Virus record (IMG/VR): IMGVR_UViG_3300015608_004971
DNA from: a virus
Taxonomy: Duplodnaviria > Caudoviricetes
Strand: one strand, 5' to 3'
DNA: 64,000 bases
Below are positions 19,902-29,695 of this stretch, in pieces (the stretch's first letter is position 1; every line of letters starts with the position of its first letter). The position numbers were made by a program, and so were the translations under genes. The notes under the pieces were generated by a model, which saw only the letters and a list, made by a program, of their open reading frames with translations, did not search any database and was not told the origin of the DNA.

Positions 19902-21932
19902 ATGGCAAAACGTTGGAAATCAAATGTAAAAAATCCATATAATCCAGACAACTATCTTTATAAAAGATTGACAAAGTTATTTTCTGGCCCTATTGTTTCT
20001 TATCAAAGAAAAAACGTAAATTATTTGCGTGGCGATAAGATCAAAAATGGTAAAAAACTCTTTAAAGATATGACAGGAAAAGAGTTTAAAAAGATGTCAT
20101 ATGATCCATTGAATTCCTTTGAACTTGCAACGTTAGCATCAGCAAGAAGAGCAGAGAGATATCTTGACTTTGATCAGATGGAATTCATGAGCGAAATTCA
20201 TAGAGCTCTAGATATTTTTGCTGACGAAATCACTTATTCTAACGACTTCAAAAAGGTTATTCAGATAAAGTGCGATAATAATGATATTAAAGATCTTCTT
20301 GAAACATTATTCTTTGATGTATTAAATATTGAGCATAATCTTTTTTCATGGGTAAGAACATTATGTAAATATGGTGATGCATTTCTATATCTTGATATTG
20401 ATGATGAAATAGGCATAAAAAATGCAATGCTTCTTCCAACGCCAGAAATCGAGAGAATAGAAGGCGAAGATGAACAAAATCCAAACTATGTTCAATTTCA
20501 ATGGAATGCTGCAGCTCTAACATTAGAAAATTGGCAAATTTGTCATTTTAGACTATTAGGAAATGATAAATATACACCATATGGAACATCTGTGTTGGAT
20601 CCAATTAGACGAATTTGGCGTCAATTAACTTTATTAGAAGATGCTTTGATGGCATATAGAATTGTTAGAGCACCAGAAAGAAGAGTCTTTAAGATAGAAG
20701 TTGGTGGAATTCCGCAAGATGATGTAGAGCAATACATGGAAGATATTGTTACATCAATAAAAAGACATAAACTTGTTGATCCAGAGACAGGAAGAGTTGA
20801 TTTAAAAAATAATTCTTTATCAATTGATGAAGATTACTTCTTCACACAAAGAAATGGTAAGGGTTCTACAGTAGATACATTAGCTGGTGGACAATTTACT
20901 GCAGGAACAGAAGATGTAGAATATTTTAGAGATAAACTTGTAGGAAGCCTTGGTATCCCAAGAACCTATTTGATTAGATCAAAAGATAGCCCAGAGGATA
21001 AAGCAACCTTGGCCCAGAAGGATATAACATTTGCAAAAACAATTCAAAGAATACAAAAATGTGTAATATCAGAACTTTTAAAATTGGCACAAGTTCATTT
21101 GGTTACATTAGGCTATAAAGGTTCTGACTTATTGTCATTTGATGTGAAATTAAACAATCCATCGACAATATCAGAAATGATGGAGCTCGAATATCTGAGA
21201 TCAAAGTTTGAAGTAGCTCAGGCTGCAACCGAAGGATATTTCTCAAAAAGATGGATTTCTCAACATATTTTTAATATGTCTGATGACGAATATGTCAGAA
21301 ATAGATTAGAGATGATGACAGATAAAAAAATGGATAGAGAATTAGAGGAATTAGCAAATCCACAAGAATCTGGTGGTGATTTCGGCGACATTGGAGGCGG
21401 TGGTGGCGGAATTGGTTCTGAACTTGGTGGCGGAATGGGTGGTGATGATATGCCAGATTTAGGCCCAGAAGGCGAGGGCGATTCTGGCGATATAGGCGAT
21501 ATTTCACCAGATGATGAAACGAACGGAAGCTCTAATGATGACGGTCTTGTTGGTGGCGTTTTGTTCCCAACTAGCGGAGCAACTGGTGGAAATGCCGATC
21601 CAAACAATAAAGATTACGATCGTCAAATGAAACAAATTTTTTCTGATGGCTCTACATTAACGGCAAAATCAAAAGGAAAAAAATACACGCCAGTAGATCA
21701 TGATAGAAGAAAAACATCAGGCCCATTAAAGAAAAATATGCATAATCTTGCTGGAAAACAGCATACCGGCCATAAAGCATTATTTCCTGGTGCTCAAACT
21801 TTAAAATCTCTAGGAAAAGGTTTAATAAACGAAAATACTAATTATGATGAAGAGAATATTATGTTTTCTAAACATGAACAATTAGCTAGCTTAATTCGTG
21901 GTTTGGAGAAGGGCAGAAAAAATGAAAAATAA
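19902..21932 (+). CDS. Portal protein (T4 gp20-like)
   Basis: LLEDALMAYRIVRAPERRVFKIEVG and EDYF motifs; follows terminase. Confidence 0.95.
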   Translation: MAKRWKSNVKNPYNPDNYLYKRLTKLFSGPIVSYQRKNVNYLRGDKIKNGKKLFKDMTGKEFKKMSYDPLNSFELATLASARRAERYLDFDQMEFMSEIHRALDIFADEITYSNDFKKVIQIKCDNNDIKDLLETLFFDVLNIEHNLFSWVRTLCKYGDAFLYLDIDDEIGIKNAMLLPTPEIERIEGEDEQNPNYVQFQWNAAALTLENWQICHFRLLGNDKYTPYGTSVLDPIRRIWRQLTLLEDALMAYRIVRAPERRVFKIEVGGIPQDDVEQYMEDIVTSIKRHKLVDPETGRVDLKNNSLSIDEDYFFTQRNGKGSTVDTLAGGQFTAGTEDVEYFRDKLVGSLGIPRTYLIRSKDSPEDKATLAQKDITFAKTIQRIQKCVISELLKLAQVHLVTLGYKGSDLLSFDVKLNNPSTISEMMELEYLRSKFEVAQAATEGYFSKRWISQHIFNMSDDEYVRNRLEMMTDKKMDRELEELANPQESGGDFGDIGGGGGGIGSELGGGMGGDDMPDLGPEGEGDSGDIGDISPDDETNGSSNDDGLVGGVLFPTSGATGGNADPNNKDYDRQMKQIFSDGSTLTAKSKGKKYTPVDHDRRKTSGPLKKNMHNLAGKQHTGHKALFPGAQTLKSLGKGLINENTNYDEENIMFSKHEQLASLIRGLEKGRKNEK

Positions 21933-22734
21933 CAAAAAAAGAAATGTTGGTTTTTTATATGAAGCTCTTGTCCGTGAGCTTACAAAGTCAATTATTGCTA
22001 AAGATTTGCAAAGACAAAATATAACAAAAGCTTGTTTATTAGAATTTTTCAATAAAAAAACTAGTATTGGAAAACAAAAAGATTTATTTAAAAGTCTTAT
22101 TAATACAAAATTAGAAAATGAATATGATACGCAAAGATTGATACATCTTTGCATAGAGGAAAATACGCACATAAATCAACAATCACTCTTTATTGAACAA
22201 AATAAATTAATTTCTTTTATAAATAAAGAAATTGGTCACTCTTTATATGAAAATTTTGTTCCAAATTATAAAATATTATCAACAATTAATGCAATTTTTA
22301 ATAAAAATTACAAACCAGAGGAAAAAATTCTTTTTGAAAGAGTTTTAAGAAATGATTTGCTAAATTTACGAAATGAAGAAACGAAAGAGCCGATCAGAAA
22401 CAGTGTTTTATCAAGCTTTATTAAAATATATAATAAAGAATATGGGCACAATTTGTTACCAGAATCTAAACAATTATTAAATCTTTTTATCACAAATGAT
22501 CAATCGGTAGAATATAAATATTATTTAAACGAAGAACTTGATAGAATAAAAACAGTTTTATCTAATTCTTTACAAAACGATAAAGATGTTACATCTAATC
22601 AAGAAATAAAAGAGAAGTTAGAAGAAGTTCATAATAAAATTAAAATTGTATCATTATCGCGAGATATTACAAAAGAACATATTACTTTAATTCTTAAAAC
22701 ACAAAAACTTATTAAAGAGATGGAAATAGAATAA
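21922..22734 (+). CDS. Hypothetical head-module protein
   Basis: Probable start ATG 21922 (MKNNKKRNVGFLYEAL) overlapping the portal end. Confidence 0.6.
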   Translation: MKNNKKRNVGFLYEALVRELTKSIIAKDLQRQNITKACLLEFFNKKTSIGKQKDLFKSLINTKLENEYDTQRLIHLCIEENTHINQQSLFIEQNKLISFINKEIGHSLYENFVPNYKILSTINAIFNKNYKPEEKILFERVLRNDLLNLRNEETKEPIRNSVLSSFIKIYNKEYGHNLLPESKQLLNLFITNDQSVEYKYYLNEELDRIKTVLSNSLQNDKDVTSNQEIKEKLEEVHNKIKIVSLSRDITKEHITLILKTQKLIKEMEIE

Positions 22735-23367
22735 ATGAATAACGAAAGTTTAAAAGTAAATCTATTAAATCCAGAGGATAATCAAGAAAAAGAGACCCCA
22801 GAGTTAAATAAACTGAGGGTGAAATTGCTTGATATTCCGGACGATCCTCTTAAAATAAAGTTGACAGTTCCAGAAGATGATAAAATTGTTATTCCTTTAA
22901 AAGTTAGAAAAAATTTAAATGGAACAATTTTTTTATGCGATCATCCATTTATTGATATTGTTGTTGATCCAAATAAAAGAAAAATAATCACATTTACCAA
23001 AACAGATAAAAAGAAAGATACATTTTCTATACAAAAAAATTTATTTGATTTTCTTATTAATGTTGGTTTACTAGCTCAAGATACAATTAAGGGCGGATCT
23101 GTTCACGGTTCATTAGAGTCAACATATCCAGATAATAAGGAAGTAGATGCTTTAGCATCTATTTTGATAGGTTTATATAAATTTATTTCTGAGGATAAAA
23201 AAGCTACAGTCACTTCTAGAGAATACGAAGAAGATGTAGAAAATATGTACGCAGAACCAGATGATGATGAAACCACATCATTTGAAAAAGCAGCAAAAAC
23301 ACATAGAGATAGAAAGGGCTCTATAGACCCAAATGCAAAACCTTATGGATTAGTTTATAGAATTTAA
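22735..23367 (+). CDS. Hypothetical head-module protein
   Basis: Coupled ORF (TAAATG). Confidence 0.6.
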   Translation: MNNESLKVNLLNPEDNQEKETPELNKLRVKLLDIPDDPLKIKLTVPEDDKIVIPLKVRKNLNGTIFLCDHPFIDIVVDPNKRKIITFTKTDKKKDTFSIQKNLFDFLINVGLLAQDTIKGGSVHGSLESTYPDNKEVDALASILIGLYKFISEDKKATVTSREYEEDVENMYAEPDDDETTSFEKAAKTHRDRKGSIDPNAKPYGLVYRI

Positions 23368-23368
23368 A

Positions 23369-24688
23369 ATGCTTCTAAAAGAATTTAATTATAAAGATAA
23401 ACAAGACTTGCTTGGTTCTGATACCGGCAAAGAAATGACTTTTGCTATTGAAATCGAAATGGAATTTGATGAAACAAAAGTTAATAAAAATTTAAGAAAA
23501 AAATATCCTGTTTATATAGAAAGTTTATATTCTTCTCGCAATGGCAGAAATATTGACTGCGAATTCAAATTCAAAGAGGACTCAAGAATTTGCAGGGAAG
23601 TTTTTTTAACAAAATATTATAAATTTAAAAAAGATGTACAATACAATTATTATATAAATGATTTTTTTACAAATGCAGCAACAGATGATAGCTATAAGCT
23701 TATAGCTATGGCAATTCCTGTATTTATAAAAAATATAAATAAAGATAATTGGCCATTTTTTATAGATGAACATCATGAAGAACTTTTAAAAATGAATAAT
23801 GATGATTTAATTAAATTTTTAAAAAAATCTTATGAAGTTTCTCCAACAGATTTAATTAATATATTGATTGCACTTAATAATATTAAATATGATAATTTAT
23901 TTAAAGAATTAGTCGCAGATAGAACCATAAAAAATACCTTCAAATATGAAGAAGGATATGACTTTGCAAAAAGTTTTGCAGAGATTTATTTTAAAGATTT
24001 TATTAAAAAATATGATTTAAAACTTGAATTTGATAGTTCATTAAAAAATGGTGTCGAAATGAAACCGAACAATTATATAAAAGGAATAATTCCTTTTATT
24101 GAATATGTTCAGGATTTTTATAATTTGTTTAAAAAACCTGAATGTCCATTCTTTTTTGATGCCACAACAGGAATGCATGTTAATATAGGATACGAGAAGG
24201 ATATTCCGATAGATTGGAATATTTTAAAACTTTTCTTTTTTCTTGGCGAATCAACATACAATTTTAATTCGCCAGGCTATGCATATAATTTTAATCGAGA
24301 TAGATATGAAGGTGTTTATGCAAAGCCATGGAAAAAAAATATGTTTAATCATTTATTGAATGCAATAAAAGAGGTAGAATATTTTTTTGGCGATGCATTC
24401 TCACAAGAAAATATATATCTTCTCAATACTGTATCAAATAAATTTCGTCTCAAATCTATAGAACATGCTAGTCATTATTTTTCATTAGATTTAGAGAAGC
24501 TTGCTAAAAAAAATTACATTGAATTTCGTTATCTTGGCGACATAATCTCTTTTGAAACATTAATACAAAAATCACTATATTATGCTTATCTTATTCGTCT
24601 TGCATCCGATGAAACATATAAACAAGAAGAATTTAAAATAAAATATATAAAATTTATTAATAAAGCAAAATCTATGAGGCTTATATAA
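23369..24688 (+). CDS. Putative amidoligase (COOH-NH2 ligase / Amidoligase_2-like)
   Basis: FAIEIE, DSSL..GVE, TGMHVNIG and IEFR motifs in the canonical order. Confidence 0.7.
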   Translation: MLLKEFNYKDKQDLLGSDTGKEMTFAIEIEMEFDETKVNKNLRKKYPVYIESLYSSRNGRNIDCEFKFKEDSRICREVFLTKYYKFKKDVQYNYYINDFFTNAATDDSYKLIAMAIPVFIKNINKDNWPFFIDEHHEELLKMNNDDLIKFLKKSYEVSPTDLINILIALNNIKYDNLFKELVADRTIKNTFKYEEGYDFAKSFAEIYFKDFIKKYDLKLEFDSSLKNGVEMKPNNYIKGIIPFIEYVQDFYNLFKKPECPFFFDATTGMHVNIGYEKDIPIDWNILKLFFFLGESTYNFNSPGYAYNFNRDRYEGVYAKPWKKNMFNHLLNAIKEVEYFFGDAFSQENIYLLNTVSNKFRLKSIEHASHYFSLDLEKLAKKNYIEFRYLGDIISFETLIQKSLYYAYLIRLASDETYKQEEFKIKYIKFINKAKSMRLI

Positions 24689-24996
24689 TGTTAATAAATC
24701 TTTTTATTTTTATTCTCATATGTTATGGAATGACACAAATTATTTGTTATGGAAAGATATTTGATAAAATAAGACCAAATATTTATCTATTTAAATGTTC
24801 AATGTGTATGGGGTTTTATGTAGGTTTTTTTGTCTATCTATTAACATTCCAAGCGTCATTTCTTATTTTATTTTCGGTATTCAACATGCCCGATGCTTTT
24901 TTGCTATCTTGTTTGAGTTCTGGAACTAGTTATATATTAGATAAATTGATAGGCGATAAAGGATTAAATATTAATAATGATAATAGGACAAAATGA
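24688..24996 (+). CDS. Small membrane protein, DUF1360-like
   Basis: Hydrophobic segments and LFKCSMCMGFYVG. Confidence 0.6.
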   Translation: MLINLFIFILICYGMTQIICYGKIFDKIRPNIYLFKCSMCMGFYVGFFVYLLTFQASFLILFSVFNMPDAFLLSCLSSGTSYILDKLIGDKGLNINNDNRTK

Positions 24997-25066
24997 TTTT
25001 AATATCTTTACTAGTATTAAGTGGATGTTGATGCCGCCAAGACTTTGCAAAGATGGATGTAGGTAA
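24977..25066 (+). CDS. 29-aa ORF (MIIGQNDFNIFTSIKWMLMPPRLCKDGCR), not in the ORF track
   Basis: Fills the gap between the DUF1360-like gene and the protease start at 25077. Confidence 0.35.
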   Translation: MIIGQNDFNIFTSIKWMLMPPRLCKDGCR

Positions 25067-25076
25067 AGAGAACGCA

Positions 25077-25661
25077 ATGGATAAATTACCACTATTAAGA
25101 GAATTCTTTGAATTATCAGATTCATCAAAATATCTTGATGATAATGACAAGCAAGCAATTGCTAAGGGCGACCTGATTTTGTCAGGCTTAATGCAAAGAG
25201 CAGATTCACCAAATGGAAATGGAAGAATCTATCCATATGAAATCCTAAGACGAGAAATTGTTAACTATAAAAAACTTGTTAAAGAAAAAAGATCTATAGG
25301 TGAGCTTGATCATCCATCAACAAATATTATTGAATTAAAAAATGCTTCTCATATGGTTATTGACATTGATATGCATGGAAATGATGTGATTGGAAAAATA
25401 AAAATTTTATCAACGCCATCAGGACAAATTTTAAAAAGCTTAATAAATGATGGAGTTAAACTTGGAATTTCATCTAGAGGTTTGGGATCAACAAGACCAA
25501 CAGGTCAAAATGTAATAGTTCAAGAAGATTTTCAACTTTTATGCTTTGACATGGTTTCAGATCCTTCAACCATTGGAGCATTCATGCTAGCTGAAGGTCG
25601 AACAAATATTTTTACAAGAAGCGACAGAATATATCGTGCACTAAATGATATTTTACTATAA
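25077..25661 (+). CDS. Prohead core protease (T4 gp21-like)
   Basis: NGNGRIYP, GELDHP, GISSRGLGS and DMVSDPS motifs; likely start ATG 25077. Confidence 0.93.
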   Translation: MDKLPLLREFFELSDSSKYLDDNDKQAIAKGDLILSGLMQRADSPNGNGRIYPYEILRREIVNYKKLVKEKRSIGELDHPSTNIIELKNASHMVIDIDMHGNDVIGKIKILSTPSGQILKSLINDGVKLGISSRGLGSTRPTGQNVIVQEDFQLLCFDMVSDPSTIGAFMLAEGRTNIFTRSDRIYRALNDILL

Positions 25662-25669
25662 GAGTTATA

Positions 25670-26044
25670 ATGAAAAAAGAAGATTTAAAAAAGTTTTTAA
25701 AACCAATTATTCAAGAATGCATTAAAGAAATGCTTCTTGAGGAGGGAGTTTTATCAAATATAATTAAAGAAGTTAATAAAGCAAATGTTAGTGGAAATGT
25801 TCTTGTCAAAGAGAATAAAAATGTTAAAGACTTCGGTGACTTCAAGATGAATATAGATGGTTTTAAAGAAAATCCAGCAATATTAGAAGAAAGAAAAAGA
25901 CGTCACCAAATGCTTCAAAATAAACAACAATTAGAAGTAGATTTTAAAAAAAATGGTTTCAGTGCCTTAATTGATTCAGCCTCAGATGAAGAAGAACAAC
26001 AAGGTTCTGGAATCGATTTGAGTGATTTTTTTGGAAAAAGATAA
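25670..26044 (+). CDS. Putative prohead core protein
   Basis: Position in the head cluster; repeated (I/L)xE sites (IQE, IKE, LLE). Confidence 0.5.
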   Translation: MKKEDLKKFLKPIIQECIKEMLLEEGVLSNIIKEVNKANVSGNVLVKENKNVKDFGDFKMNIDGFKENPAILEERKRRHQMLQNKQQLEVDFKKNGFSALIDSASDEEEQQGSGIDLSDFFGKR

Positions 26045-26054
26045 AGAGGAATAA

Positions 26055-26273
26055 ATGTCTAATAAAAGATGTAATGTGCAGGTGCGTTTAAGAAGAGATG
26101 AAACATCAGAACGATTAATACGTAGATTTCTAAAGAAATGTAAAGCAGAAAAAATTGTTCAAGAAGTTTATGATAGGCGTTTTTATGAAAAGCCTTCGCT
26201 TGTCGAAAAAAGAAAGAAACATAGACGCAAAAAAGTTGCTAAGGCAATTCAAGTAGAGTTAGGAGAGCAATAA
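26055..26273 (+). CDS. rpsU: Phage-encoded ribosomal protein bS21
   Basis: 72-aa basic protein with ERLIRRFLKK...RRFYEKPS..KRKK, the bS21 signature; GAGG RBS. Confidence 0.88.
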   Translation: MSNKRCNVQVRLRRDETSERLIRRFLKKCKAEKIVQEVYDRRFYEKPSLVEKRKKHRRKKVAKAIQVELGEQ

Positions 26274-26274
26274 T

Positions 26275-26667
26275 ATGTATAGACCAGGTTTAGGCGCACC
26301 GGGTGCTTTTCAAGTATCAGGAGTTCCATTTGCAACAAGTTCGGCCACTAATGAAGTTGGAAGTACTCCAATTAAAGTTTCATTTCCAACTGTAACAAAT
26401 TGGATTTATGTAAAAAATACCGATTCCACTACTGGTCACGATTTGCGTGTGGGCTTTTCATCAAATGGATTATCAAATGGCCAGTATCTAATTTTAGATG
26501 GTGGAACAAATGCAAAAACATTTTGTGAAATGAAAGTTAAGGCAACGGAAATTTGGTTTCTTGCTCATACAGCAAATACTACTTCTTTTTCCATTATTGC
26601 TGGCTTAACCGACATTGAAACAAATGAAATACCATTAAATTGGTCTGGTTCTATAGGTGTTGGATAA
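26275..26667 (+). CDS. Putative virion (head) protein
   Basis: Beta-rich, Ser/Thr/Gly-rich; head cluster. Confidence 0.5.
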   Translation: MYRPGLGAPGAFQVSGVPFATSSATNEVGSTPIKVSFPTVTNWIYVKNTDSTTGHDLRVGFSSNGLSNGQYLILDGGTNAKTFCEMKVKATEIWFLAHTANTTSFSIIAGLTDIETNEIPLNWSGSIGVG

Positions 26668-26684
26668 ATATTAAAATTAATATA

Positions 26685-26691
26685 CTATTTA
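26685..26691 (+). promoter_or_regulatory. Candidate late promoter motif CTATTTA
   Basis: Intergenic, 44 nt before the scaffold ATG. Confidence 0.5.
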
Positions 26692-26728
26692 ATAACAGAT
26701 TTATTATAATCGAGGAAGTAAACAAAAA

Positions 26729-27826
26729 ATGACTTCAATGTTGGAACAAGCAGTACTAGATGCAGAACAATTAAAAGAAGCTGCAAGAAGAAATGCAGAG
26801 CAATTTGTTGTAGAAAAATATGCACCAGATATTGAAAGTGCCGTCCAAAAATTATTAGAAGGCAGCGAAATTCCTCATCAAGTACGATTTGGACACGAGG
26901 ATCTTGTAAATGAGATTCCAGGCGTTAAAGATAAAATAAAAGAAGATACAAAAGAAGAAGAGAACAAAGAAGTTCTCAAAGTCGATATGAAATCAATAGT
27001 GCCAGACGATCAAATCAAAGATGATGATGATGAATTTATTAATAATTTATTTGAATCATTTGATTTTGAAGATGATGCAATTGATGACGAAGAAGAGAAT
27101 AGCGAAGAAAAACTAGAAACTGTCACAGAAGAGAAGGAACTTCTTTTAGATGATGAAGAGGAAGGTTTTTCTGAGGATTCAAAAGATGAAACTACAGAAA
27201 ATGAAATTCATTTGACAGACGATCAAGTAGATGAGCTATCAAAAGCAATCAATGAAGAGATTAAAGTTAATTTAACCAATATTGATCTAAGTGGATGGCT
27301 AGGCTCAACACAATCAGAGAAAAACGAAGCGCATGAAATAGCTGATGCTTTGGATGCTGTCAATGATGAAAATAGAAAATTAAAAAAAGAACTTGAGGAA
27401 GCAAAAAAATCAAAATTCAAGTTAGAAAAAGAATTATTATCTCTTAAAGAAAATGTTGATAAAACAGTAAAAGAGATTAAAGGTAAATTTGATGAATATA
27501 GTACCAAAAATGGCATTCTATATTATTCAAATAAAATTCTAAAATCAACAAATTTAAGTAATATGCAAAAAGAAAAAATTGTTGAGTCTTTAGAGAAGTG
27601 TGCATCTTTAAAAGATGCAAAACTCATTTATGAGACACTTCACAATGGAGTGGGCAATAATAAAAAAGAGCCAAAATCACTGCATGAAGTACATTCTAAA
27701 AATGAGGGAATTTTTGCTAAACCTCTTCTAGGTGAAAATTCAAGAAGAGAAGGTAGCAATAACAACCATTTGTTTGATGCAAAAACAATTGAAGAAATGC
27801 AAAAAAGAGCAGGCATCAAACGTTAA
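26729..27826 (+). CDS. Prohead scaffolding protein (T4 gp22-like)
   Basis: Very acidic middle, coiled-coil C-terminus, directly upstream of the major capsid gene. Confidence 0.75.
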   Translation: MTSMLEQAVLDAEQLKEAARRNAEQFVVEKYAPDIESAVQKLLEGSEIPHQVRFGHEDLVNEIPGVKDKIKEDTKEEENKEVLKVDMKSIVPDDQIKDDDDEFINNLFESFDFEDDAIDDEEENSEEKLETVTEEKELLLDDEEEGFSEDSKDETTENEIHLTDDQVDELSKAINEEIKVNLTNIDLSGWLGSTQSEKNEAHEIADALDAVNDENRKLKKELEEAKKSKFKLEKELLSLKENVDKTVKEIKGKFDEYSTKNGILYYSNKILKSTNLSNMQKEKIVESLEKCASLKDAKLIYETLHNGVGNNKKEPKSLHEVHSKNEGIFAKPLLGENSRREGSNNNHLFDAKTIEEMQKRAGIKR

Positions 27827-27844
27827 TTAAGGAGAATATATTTC

Positions 27845-29581
27845 ATGAGTTTAATTGATAAATTAACAGCAGATACAGTAGAACGCAATCTGCTTAAAGA
27901 GGGCCAAGCCCTCAGAAAGAAATGGGCCGCAACTGGTCTATTAGAGGGTCTCAAAGGCGATTGGCAAGTTAATACTATGGCACGTATCTTAGAGAACCAA
28001 GCTGGTGAGCTTAAGCGTCTAAAACGCGCTTGGACCGGCGGACTCCTAAACGAGTCAACAACAATGGCTTCGGGCGATATCGAAGGTTTCGCAACAGTTG
28101 CATTTCCAATGGTTAGACGTGTATTCGCTAATCTTGTTGCAAATGATCTTGTTGCAGTTCAACCAATGAGTCTTCCAAATGGTTTGATCTTCTTCTTGGA
28201 TTTCAAATATGGAACAGAAGCGTCAGGCACAAACAAACAATATAGTGAAGGCTACTCAATTTATGGTCAAGGCGTGCTTGGTTCACAAATTACTGGTGGT
28301 GTTAATTTATCCGGCCCATATGCCGAGACAGGCTTTTATAGCTTAAATCAAGGCTATTCAAGTCCATTGACCGGTGCAACATCAACTGTAACAGTTGTGG
28401 CATCAGGTACTGTCGGTGGTTCATGGACTGGTACTTTATCATCATATGGTGATCGTCTTGTTCAATTCGATCCAGATCTCTCTGGCTCAACAGTATGCGT
28501 TGGTTCAGTAAATGTAAGCGACTTTAGCCAATTAAATCGCGATTCATTTGTTACACTAACAATTACAAGCTCACTGAATGGTAATCAAGTTAGACGTTTA
28601 ACCCAATATCACCCAACCGATAAAACAAAACTGCTTGTTGTTCTTTATGGCCCAAGCTCAGAGACAACCAATCAGCTTTCAAGCTCATTGGCTGGTGCTC
28701 AAGGCTTCCAATATGCCGCAACAGATAACTTTGTTGGTGGTGTGAACGGTCTTGGAGCTGTTGCTGGTGCTGCAAATTGGCTGTTTGAGTCAGATGTAAC
28801 AACCGTATCTGGTAACTTTGGTGATCTTCGTGGCGAAATTCCAGAGATCGATATCAAAGTTGACTCGATTCCTGTTACAGCAATTACTCGTAAATTACGT
28901 GCAAAATGGTCAACCGAGCTTGGTCAAGATCTGGTAGCATATCACAATATGGATCCAGAGCAAGAATTAACTGAGGTTCTCTCAGAGCACATCGGTCTTG
29001 AGATCGATCGTGAGATTCTTGGTGATCTCGTTCGTGGCGCAACTGCTGGAACAAAATTCTGGTCACGTAGAGTTGGTCAATATCTTGATGATACTGGCGC
29101 TGTAATTTCAAATACAGTATTCTATGATAACGTTTCAAATTGGTACGAGACACTCATTGAGAAAATCAATGACGTATCAGCGTTAATCCATAGAAAGACA
29201 CTGCGCGGCGGCGCCAATTTCATTGTATGTGCACCACAAGTTGCAAACATTCTGGAGTTTACTGCTGGCTTTAAAGCAAGTGTTCTTGCTGATGAGGATA
29301 AAGGCACCGCAGGTGCTGTCAATGTTGGTTCACTTTCAAAGAAATTTGAGGTGTTCGTACAACCTGACTTCCTTGAGGCAGTAATCCTTGTTGGTCGTAA
29401 AGGTAAATCATTCCTAGAGTCTGGTTATGTTTACTGCCCATATGTACCATTACAGGTTTCACCAACCCTCTTTGGTACAGAGGACTTTGCACCAAGAAAA
29501 ATGGTGCATACCAGATATGCCAAGAAAATGGTCCGCCCAGACATGTACGGCCTTGTTCTTGTAAAAAATCTGAGAGGCTAA
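27845..29581 (+). CDS. Major capsid protein (T4 gp23-like)
   Basis: KWAATGLLEG, VQPMSLPNGLIFFLDF, TRKLRAKWS, EIDREI, YCPYVPL and TRY motifs. Confidence 0.97.
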   Translation: MSLIDKLTADTVERNLLKEGQALRKKWAATGLLEGLKGDWQVNTMARILENQAGELKRLKRAWTGGLLNESTTMASGDIEGFATVAFPMVRRVFANLVANDLVAVQPMSLPNGLIFFLDFKYGTEASGTNKQYSEGYSIYGQGVLGSQITGGVNLSGPYAETGFYSLNQGYSSPLTGATSTVTVVASGTVGGSWTGTLSSYGDRLVQFDPDLSGSTVCVGSVNVSDFSQLNRDSFVTLTITSSLNGNQVRRLTQYHPTDKTKLLVVLYGPSSETTNQLSSSLAGAQGFQYAATDNFVGGVNGLGAVAGAANWLFESDVTTVSGNFGDLRGEIPEIDIKVDSIPVTAITRKLRAKWSTELGQDLVAYHNMDPEQELTEVLSEHIGLEIDREILGDLVRGATAGTKFWSRRVGQYLDDTGAVISNTVFYDNVSNWYETLIEKINDVSALIHRKTLRGGANFIVCAPQVANILEFTAGFKASVLADEDKGTAGAVNVGSLSKKFEVFVQPDFLEAVILVGRKGKSFLESGYVYCPYVPLQVSPTLFGTEDFAPRKMVHTRYAKKMVRPDMYGLVLVKNLRG

Positions 29582-29608
29582 TCTAGTCGTAACCCTCTAA
29601 AAAGGTTA

Positions 29609-29650
29609 GCGTCAAGCCCCGGTAGGAGAAATCTTACCGGGGCTTGACGC
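29609..29650 (+). terminator. 19-bp hairpin with GAAA tetraloop after the capsid gene (terminator or mRNA stabiliser)
   Basis: GCGTCAAGCCCCGGTAGGA-GAAA-TCTTACCGGGGCTTGACGC (one G-U pair); only a weak U tract follows. Confidence 0.7.
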
Positions 29651-29672
29651 ATTGGTTCTCTTGTGATAAAAT
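29644..29672 (+). promoter_or_regulatory. Sigma70-type promoter for the Hef-like gene
   Basis: TTGACG-N17-TAAAAT with TGn; its -35 lies in the 3' arm of the hairpin. Confidence 0.6.
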
Positions 29673-29695
29673 AGTGTGAGCTACAATGGTGAAAT

